This document shows positions 56,884 to 64,000 of a stretch of 64,000 nt of DNA, piece by piece (the stretch's first letter is position 1; every line of letters starts with the position of its first letter). The DNA lies in assembly GCA_040954595.2 (NCBI GenBank), contig CM082598.2, forward strand, positions 3,355,154 to 3,419,153, written 5' to 3'. The DNA is from Balanoglossus misakiensis (lineage: Eukaryota; Animalia; Hemichordata). A model generated the notes under the pieces. It was not told the DNA's origin. It saw only the letters and a list, made by a program, of their open reading frames with translations, and did no database searches. Both the position numbers and the translations under genes were made by a program.

Positions 56884-57062
56884 TACTGTGAAACACTTTA
56901 TTTTCGCAAGTTGAAATTTTTGCGATATCGAGAGAGGCCACTGCTTCGCGAGTATTACTTTTCACGTTCTATTATTTCATTCACTGCATCGTTATCTTCT
57001 ATTTTGGCTCTTGCGTATTTCGCGAAAATTTATTGCTTGCGAAAATTAAGTGTTTTACAGTA
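56884..57062. mobile_element. TA-flanked MITE in the probable DENND5 3' UTR
   Basis: TA-CTGTGAAACACTTTATTTTCGCAAG ... CTTGCGAAAATTAAGTGTTTTACAG-TA; inverted homologue of 50289-50468. Confidence 0.82.
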
Positions 57063-58516
57063 CGAAGCATTTTCGTATATTTTACCCAAGATAATATTCA
57101 AGTATTTTTTCCATCAAGAACACAAGGGATCAATGAATAAACCACTGAAGTACAAAACAAAATTTTCACCACCAAAAAACTGCATTCCCTCAAGGAAAAA
57201 CATCAATTGTCACTTCTTTGACCATCAGCGAAAATATTCTGTTTCACCTTTTGATCAAGCAATTTTAAAACCATAGTAGACAGTTATGGCTACAAGTTCA
57301 AGCAGAGAGAAGAAAATAAATGGAAACCAAAGGAAAGATTTTTTGCATGTCAATTAAACATTTGAATACACATTATTCACAATGTCTGATAGTGTAGTTA
57401 TGCTTGCAATTACTTGAGCCAAATCTACTGCAGCATATATATCAGCAAACAAACATGAAGACTATATAAATTGTGGTAAAAATCTAAATAGACCCTCAGT
57501 GCTGTCAAGACTAAAACGAATAATAAGGGAAAGTATTTTCAATTAAATACGCACTGAATAATGTGTGAAATTTTGAGTTGCAGCATACACACTGAACATT
57601 TGACATACCGTTTAAAGGTAGCTGTGAAAACGGGTAAACTGTGTCTTAATGTTATTTAATTGACTTTGAAAGAATTATTTGACATTTCATAGAAATAAGC
57701 AATATCTGCAGCATCTGCTTTATATTCTGTTTTGTTTTCGCGAAAAATGAAACATGACAGATACAATTCAATTTTCACCAATGTGCAAAAAGGAAACAAA
57801 TTTCAAAGAGAAAATGGTGAAAATAGCACATTTTTTGCAAATCTAAAACTATATAATGCTGGCCAGTATTTGTTAAATTTTTAATAGTCAATGTAATTAA
57901 TATTTTGAATGCACAATCCTATTGCTTTCAGATCTACAACTTTTACCTGCAGTACTGTAAATGAGCTTAATTTTAACTTCTTTCATTGCTTTTTTTGGTA
58001 ACATTTTCTGAAAAAGTGTAATGGCAATGCTACATATTGAAATAAGACCGACTTTGGATTCTCTTTGTGCAAAATGTACAGAAAATTCCTGAAATGTGGC
58101 AGTAACATTACTGAGAAAAAAACTGAAAGTGAACATCTCAGTCATTTACATGATGTATTTGTACAATGTAGCAAATTCCTGTTGAAAAATTGCTACATTT
58201 GTATCTGCACATAGAATGTAACAAATGTATGTATACAAACTTCTTTCATCTGTAGTTACACATGTAACATATCAATGTATACACAATTGCAACACTTGTA
58301 CCTGCACACACAATATAACCAATGTATATTTGTATAACAAATCTTTGTGTATAAAACGGCAACATCTGTATGCTATAAAGGACTTCTTTTGACTCTGTAC
58401 ATTGTTTTTATGGTATAACAAATTTCACAATTGGGTAAATGAGCTTGATACAAATCATGCCATTATTTGGTTGATATGTTAATACTACAACCATGGTTGC
58501 TTTCACCATGCTAATG

Positions 58517-58609
58517 TTAACCCTTTCACCCCCATTTCCCTTTAAAGAGGTCCATCTTCACCATAGAAAACAATGGCTTTGGATCAAACCATGGTGGTGA
58601 AAGGATAAA
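58517..58609. mobile_element. piggyBac-like MITE of about 90 bp (TTAA-CCCTTTCACC...GGTGAAAGG)
   Basis: Inverted termini next to TTAA; homologous copies at 63341 and 4734. Confidence 0.7.
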
Positions 58610-58909
58610 GCACTTTTCTACCCTGTAAAAACGCACCGTGGTCTGGCTCCTCACACAAACAAGAACACTGTAATAAATTGCACCTTGATTTTGTGATACA
58701 TATGATGTTAAAATTCTTTACACAGAATCTTAAGGCCTTTTTATCCAATCAGGTTCTGCCAAGTGTCCACTGCACGTGCTCACTGCACATACAGTCAGCT
58801 GACTGTGTTCAGCAAATCAGAGAATTATGTCCTCCATGCATTGTAGCCATCACTGGGGTGGAGGTTTGTCTTAAATCTAATTCAGCCGACAGCAAAACTA
58901 GCTAGTTTA

Positions 58910-61900
58910 CTAGACATCAAGCCCCTTTGTGAGTGATGCCTCCAGCATTATGTTGAACTCCCGGAGAGCATTGATGATCTGCACAAGGAAGGATATCGAG
59001 GAACGATCTCGGAGTAATGCCCAGTCTTCATACATGCTAACTGTGACTGGAGTGGCGGCTATCAGTGGAAACCACATCTGTAGTACATGATCCCTGCAAA
59101 AACAATCAAGACACATTGATTATGTAAAGTGTTTGGTTTAATCGATCGATCAGTCCTGAAAGGCAATATCAGTCCATCAAGACCATCTCAAAGTGACAAG
59201 TGTCACTTTGTAATCGCACATACAAACACTTCGCAGAAAACCATCTAGCTTGTTTTGTTTTATCTTGGGCTGGCTTTTCAACTTACTACTATATATTCGC
59301 GCATCGCATGGTTATCGTCAATTTTGGGATCGATGTATTGTATATTGTTTATGTCACTGCTGCAATGCTTACTGTATAACTGGCATAAAAGACTGATTGT
59401 TAACTACAAATTTACATTGTACATAACTGTGGCTACGCTAAGCACCCACCTGACTCCAAGGCACATAAGGAGCTGAAACTTCCCATCTTTACCAATGTTC
59501 TGCGATGAGCTGTTAATTTTCCTGACGTATCTACAGTACATTCGCCTCGCTTGCCTCTGCTCAGGAGGGCCTCTTATGCCCTCATCGTCACTATCAACAC
59601 TCTCAAAGTATGTGCTTACTTTCTCTGTAAGTAGAAAAAAAGTACAGTGAAATATGTCATTGCAGACACCTATCAAATCAAGATAGCTCTGTATTAAGGA
59701 GAGATTTACAGCATTTACTTATACTTTATTCATGCCAATGTGTTTGCTGAAGATGGAAACAAGACTTATATCAACTATGATGGCTTTGGGAGTTAAGACA
59801 AAAATGTTCCTTTGCATAGATTGGAGTGTGAGCAAATACTTAATATTGGAGAAAATAACGAAAAAGGTGGGCGTACCTATAAAATCCCAGATGAAGAAGT
59901 TATTTCTGAATAGTCTAGATGATTTGAATCCATATTGGAACACCTGGTCTAAGCACTGTACAAGACCTTTGTCACCACATAATAACAACGTCAAACTACC
60001 TCTCTGAAAAATAAATAAATAAAAATCATCACATTGGAAATTGGTATTAATACTGTAAAATCGATTTCAACACTAATGCTGATGACTTTGCACACTTAAA
60101 GCTGCATTGGTAAAGTATGTAGACATATACATAGTTGGTGTTTCTTCATGTTATAAGAACTTGAAAAAAAGGAACTCGTAGTTGATACATGAAATTTCAA
60201 CTTTGGCAAACAATCTAACCTCTTTCTCAGGTTTGTAGAAATACTTGACGATATGATTGACTGCATCAGTGATCATTTCCTGGACTTGAGGTCCAGTGTT
60301 CTTCATGGGACTGCTTCTTCTGACTTGTACAGGCGAGCGTTGATTTGGTGGAGTTCTGCATGCATTTAGGATATCTTCAGTATCTGTGGTTGATGGAATC
60401 ACCTCTCCAACCAAGAGTCTCTCAAGACTGCCGTCATCGACGCCTTTACCCAGCCATCGACCACATGAAAACCTGCAAATCAATTAATTAATCAATCAAT
60501 CAATCAATCAATCAATCAACCAACCAACCAATCAACCAAAAACAAAAACATTCTATAGACATCTATTGGATTCTATAGCCTATTGAATTTTGATATAAGT
60601 TTATAAAATTTCCATGGACATCTATAGATTTCTAAGTTGTTTTGCACCATCTGTAAATCAATTAATAAATCAATCAACCAACCAATCAATCAAAAACAAA
60701 AACATTCTATAGACATCTATTGGACTTTAGCCTATTGAATTTTGATATAAGTTTATAAAATTTCCATGGACATCTATAGATTTCTATGTTGTTTTGCACC
60801 ATCCAGGGCTCGAAATTCGTTTTTTTTCTTGGTAGCCTCAGTGGGCTACCATTTTCTAAAGTTGGTAGCCCAAGAGCAATAGCTGGTAGTCCACATAATA
60901 CAATGATAAATCAATGTACATTGTATACTGCTACAAGTACGGTAGTAGGTCTATATCTGTTTGAGAACGTTGGTAAATTTTTAATATACATACTGCTATG
61001 GTGAACAATTATATTGTTGATTGACACGTGTCAAAATGCACACGAGTCCGCGGCCGGTTGAACCCAGTGTTTTCTCCAGGATGTTGAGAGAAGGGGGAAT
61101 GTCCCCCCTTAGTCCAAAATTAAGGGGGATTTGGTCGAAGTAAATGTCACGATTGACAATTTTGAACGTTAACTTACTAACTGCCTTCATTCCATATTAA
61201 AAACAGTATTAGTAAATTACAACATTTTACATGTGAACTTGACAACAAATTAACAGTTACAGTTTTTTCTTCTTAAAATTAGTAGGTTTTGCAGAGGAAG
61301 ACACCAACTTGCATAACTTTCAGGGCATGTAATTTAAAAAAAGCCTGGAGAGCTGAAAATAACTCTCCTGAAATTAATTACACAAGTGGTAGGAGAGTGA
61401 CTAACTGCTCCCCTGGCAAGGAGAGTGAAATGAATAAAATAAATGCAACTGCAAAAACAATAGTGTCTTTCTTTAATTTTATACCTGAGAAAAAAATTTC
61501 TTGTTTGATTTTAAAAGTTTCAGTTTTTTTAGCTGCCAAAATAATAGATTTTGAAACCATTATTATAGTGAAATAAATTGAAGTAGTATATATTCCTTCA
61601 GATTTCTGCCAACACTTCCCATCTGTGGCTAAGCACACTACTCAAATGGACAGTCTCTGTACATATTGAATGACTTTCCTTCCAAACAAGGTCATGGAAA
61701 ACTGAGATGAACGCAGTTCTTTTAATTTGCATAAAATTGTTACGTTCAGCCATCACTTGAGTGCAGAGTGTTTGCTCTAAATTTAGACGGTGTCCAGATA
61801 GGCTGTTCCAACAATTGCACACTATAGCCCTGGAGCTAAATTACACGTGAATGAATGTGAAAGTCATCTACAACATAGTTTTGGGGGGTGGGAAGTTAAA

Positions 61901-63655
61901 ATGTATAGGCCAGCACGCAGTAATATCGGCCGTTTTCCCAGTGTTTTGACTGACTGTGCGTGCTATTGAGGCTTGGACGCGCATGTACTGGCCGGGTGGG
62001 CTGCTCACGAAGGGGCGATTGTCGCCCCTTGAACTTGTTACAAGGGGCGATTCAAGTGTAAAAGAGGGGGAATCGCGCGTCCTGGAGATCGAGAAAACAC
62101 TGCTGGTTGTCGCACGCATGGTAGCCCAATCGGGCTACCACTGGTGTCAAATTGGTAGCCCGATCGCAAACATTGGTAGTCTGTGGACGCGGGGCTACCG
62201 CGAATTTCGAGCCCTGCCATCTGTTCAACGATTATACTTACTTATAGGTATGGGCAGCGAGTTCATTTCTGACCAGGACGTAGTCAATCATCCATTTCGG
62301 GGACATACCAGAATTATCGTGGCCAATTCGAACTGTACTGAGAACACCAAGGTTACGATGCTGCAACAAAAATGAAAAAGAAAAATTAGCACACATAAGA
62401 TAAGTAAACCACACATGCTTCTTCTCATCATCTGATCGCAGGAAAACATATCTCTTATATCAACTCCTGCAAAGGTATAATATCAAAAGATCAACTATAT
62501 ATGTTTTTCTTTACTACACTCTATCTGGTATATAACATCTAACCCACCTCAAAGGTAAGTTCCACAGCATTTTTCGGTATCTGAATGACACCTGTGTCGC
62601 CCAGTTCACCTGCTATGCTAATCCATGCATTGGCACTGGTTGCTGAGTTGAACTTTCTACTCACAAAGATTAGTACCCTGTATGTTATCGCTGTGAAGAA
62701 AAATAAATAAAAATGTTATTGCACACCCAGGGCACTCAATTAACTGACATACAATACACTGTTTACTCAGAAGGATTTTAATACTCTGTAGTGCGATATC
62801 ATGGACACCAAATTTCATCAACAGGGATGTGTGTAATAATTTACATCATTACTTACTTGTTGATATGAAAGAGTTTGTAAAGCAGTGATAATCTACAGCG
62901 TTGAGAGACAGTAAGTAGTAAAGGAATTGCTCTTTCTCATCATCTGATCGCAGAAAAGCATATCTCTTATATCGACTCCTGCAAAGATATATTATCAAAA
63001 GATCAACAATATACATTATTACATGTATGTGTTGGTTTTGGCCAGCAGGATATGACATGGTGGATTATATCATATAATGTCTCAACTTGCAAGAAATGCC
63101 AGTATATTGGCTACACACCTGCAGAGTTCATAGTCTGTGAGCAACTCTTTCAGATGTTTACACAGCAGTTTCCGTTCCAGTGCCAGTCTGATCCATGCCC
63201 TGGCATAGCCAACATCAGTCTTCACATCTTTCATACTCTGGACTTTCCTAATGCGAGAATAAATGAACATTTGTACAGTTCACGTTGAAGCAATAGAATT
63301 GAGCAGTGTTGATATGCTGAACACTTTCATGATGGTTAAATTAACCCTTTCACCCCCAGTTCCCTCTTTAGAGGTTCATCTTCACCTTAGAAAACAATGA
63401 TTTGGACCAAGCCATGATGGTGAAAGGGTTACAGACTATGTAAAGTTGACAAATTGAACAAAACTACTGAAATATATAGCCAAAGATTCCTTCTAATAGA
63501 CAAGTGATTGTTTCTGTGTACAATACAAGATAATACAATTTAAGCCACTCACTGTATATCATGGACAAGGTCTGTAGGTACAGACGGTAGCACAGGCTCT
63601 GGGAGACCACTACCTCGACGTCTGTGACCACATTGCGGCGAGTCTGGATTCAAAT
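58910..63655 (-). CDS. DENND5: DENN domain-containing protein 5 (RAB6IP1), 3' part: nine coding exons encoding the end of RUN1, the PLAT domain and RUN2; gene continues beyond the right edge
   Basis: GT-AG exons with consistent phases: 63553-63655, 63119-63247, 62857-62978, 62548-62690, 62242-62360, 60220-60472, 59877-60003, 59450-59624, 58910-59093 (TAG). Translation ([21 protein letters not shown]...[28 protein letters not shown]...[16 protein letters not shown]...[23 protein letters not shown]...[10 protein letters not shown]...[19 protein letters not shown]...[16 protein letters not shown]) follows the remembered C-terminus of human DENND5A/B closely. Confidence 0.95.
60473..60803. repeat. 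Tandem duplication (units of about 150-180 bp) containing an (AATC/AACC)n tract and the DENND5 3' splice site
   Basis: Units 60473-60650 and 60651-60803 share aaacaaaaacattctatagacatctattgga...gttgttttgcaccatc. Confidence 0.9.
60804..62216. mobile_element. Non-autonomous hAT-type DNA transposon (1413 bp) with a 5-bp TSD (hAT5-like) in a DENND5 intron
   Basis: Perfect 16-bp TIRs CAGGGCTCGAAATTCG / CGAATTTCGAGCCCTG; repeated subterminal GGTAGCC/GGCTACC motifs at both ends; CCATC at 60799-60803 and 62217-62221. Confidence 0.88.
62422..62501 (-). pseudogene. Duplicated DENND5 exon fragment with its acceptor (pseudo-exon)
   Basis: Near-identical to 62934-63013 ([15 protein letters not shown] plus upstream intron), offset 512 bp, with CGA changed to TGA. 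Confidence 0.85.
63341..63432. mobile_element. piggyBac-like MITE of about 90 bp
   Basis: ttaa-ccctttcaccccc...gatggtgaaaggg-ttac; same internal sequence as the 58517 copy. Confidence 0.72.
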
Positions 63656-64000
63656 CTAAATCAATTTAGAATATGCAAATTTAGTTTTCAGTAGATGGGA
63701 TTGATAACTAACACAACGATTTTTATGAAAACTTTATCATACTTTGTGCAGAGTTACATATACCAATGACTGTTATTGTCTTGTCCACCACGAGAAATTC
63801 AACTCATTTTTATCATTTTTCACGCTTCAGTTTTCCTTACAAAAGAGCCTGAAAAAGTTCCAAGTTCGGCACAGTTGGTGGACTATACATTTAACAGTAA
63901 AGGAGTGTTTTTTTGTGATGCTGAAAATTAAATTATTATGACTGACAGCAGAAGTGCCAAGTGTTGCTGACAGACTTCTTCAAAATACACAGAACAGCAA

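Noticed and set aside
50289-57062. Inverted MITE pair as a composite transposon carrying the EPTP gene
   Set aside because: The interval also includes the DGK promoter and exon 1 and the probable DENND5 UTR end, and the two copies have different TIRs, so they are independent insertions.
61868-62375. ORFs in the right end of the hAT-like element
   Set aside because: No transposase motifs; the longest runs out of the element and antisense across a DENND5 exon.
1-64000. CRISPR arrays, rRNA/tRNA genes, prokaryotic operons
   Set aside because: None seen; the sequence is spliced eukaryotic DNA.

Overview
AT-rich animal genomic DNA. The spliced genes, (TACA)n microsatellites and MITE families suggest a marine invertebrate deuterostome such as a hemichordate, but this is inference. 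Three minus-strand genes lie in tandem. (1) The last nine coding exons and 3' UTR of DENND5/RAB6IP1 (58910-63655; end of RUN1, PLAT and RUN2). (2) A compact two-exon gene (53548-55450) for a secreted protein of about 561 aa, with a signal peptide, an angiopoietin-like CxYTFxxP motif, a coiled coil and about seven EPTP/EAR beta-propeller repeats. I do not recognise this architecture and it is the best novelty candidate. (3) The first coding exon (51255-51466) of a type IV diacylglycerol kinase (DGKI/DGKZ/rdgA), whose very large 5' intron region fills the rest of the window. That intron holds a candidate alternative first exon, about 15 RFX X-box-like palindromes, an uninterrupted 3.4-kb (TACA)n tract, MITEs and LINE remnants. 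DENND5 introns contain a 1.4-kb hAT-type element with a 5-bp target-site duplication, a tandem duplication that copies a splice acceptor, and a stop-containing duplicate of an exon fragment. All identifications come from remembered sequences and motifs; no searches were run.
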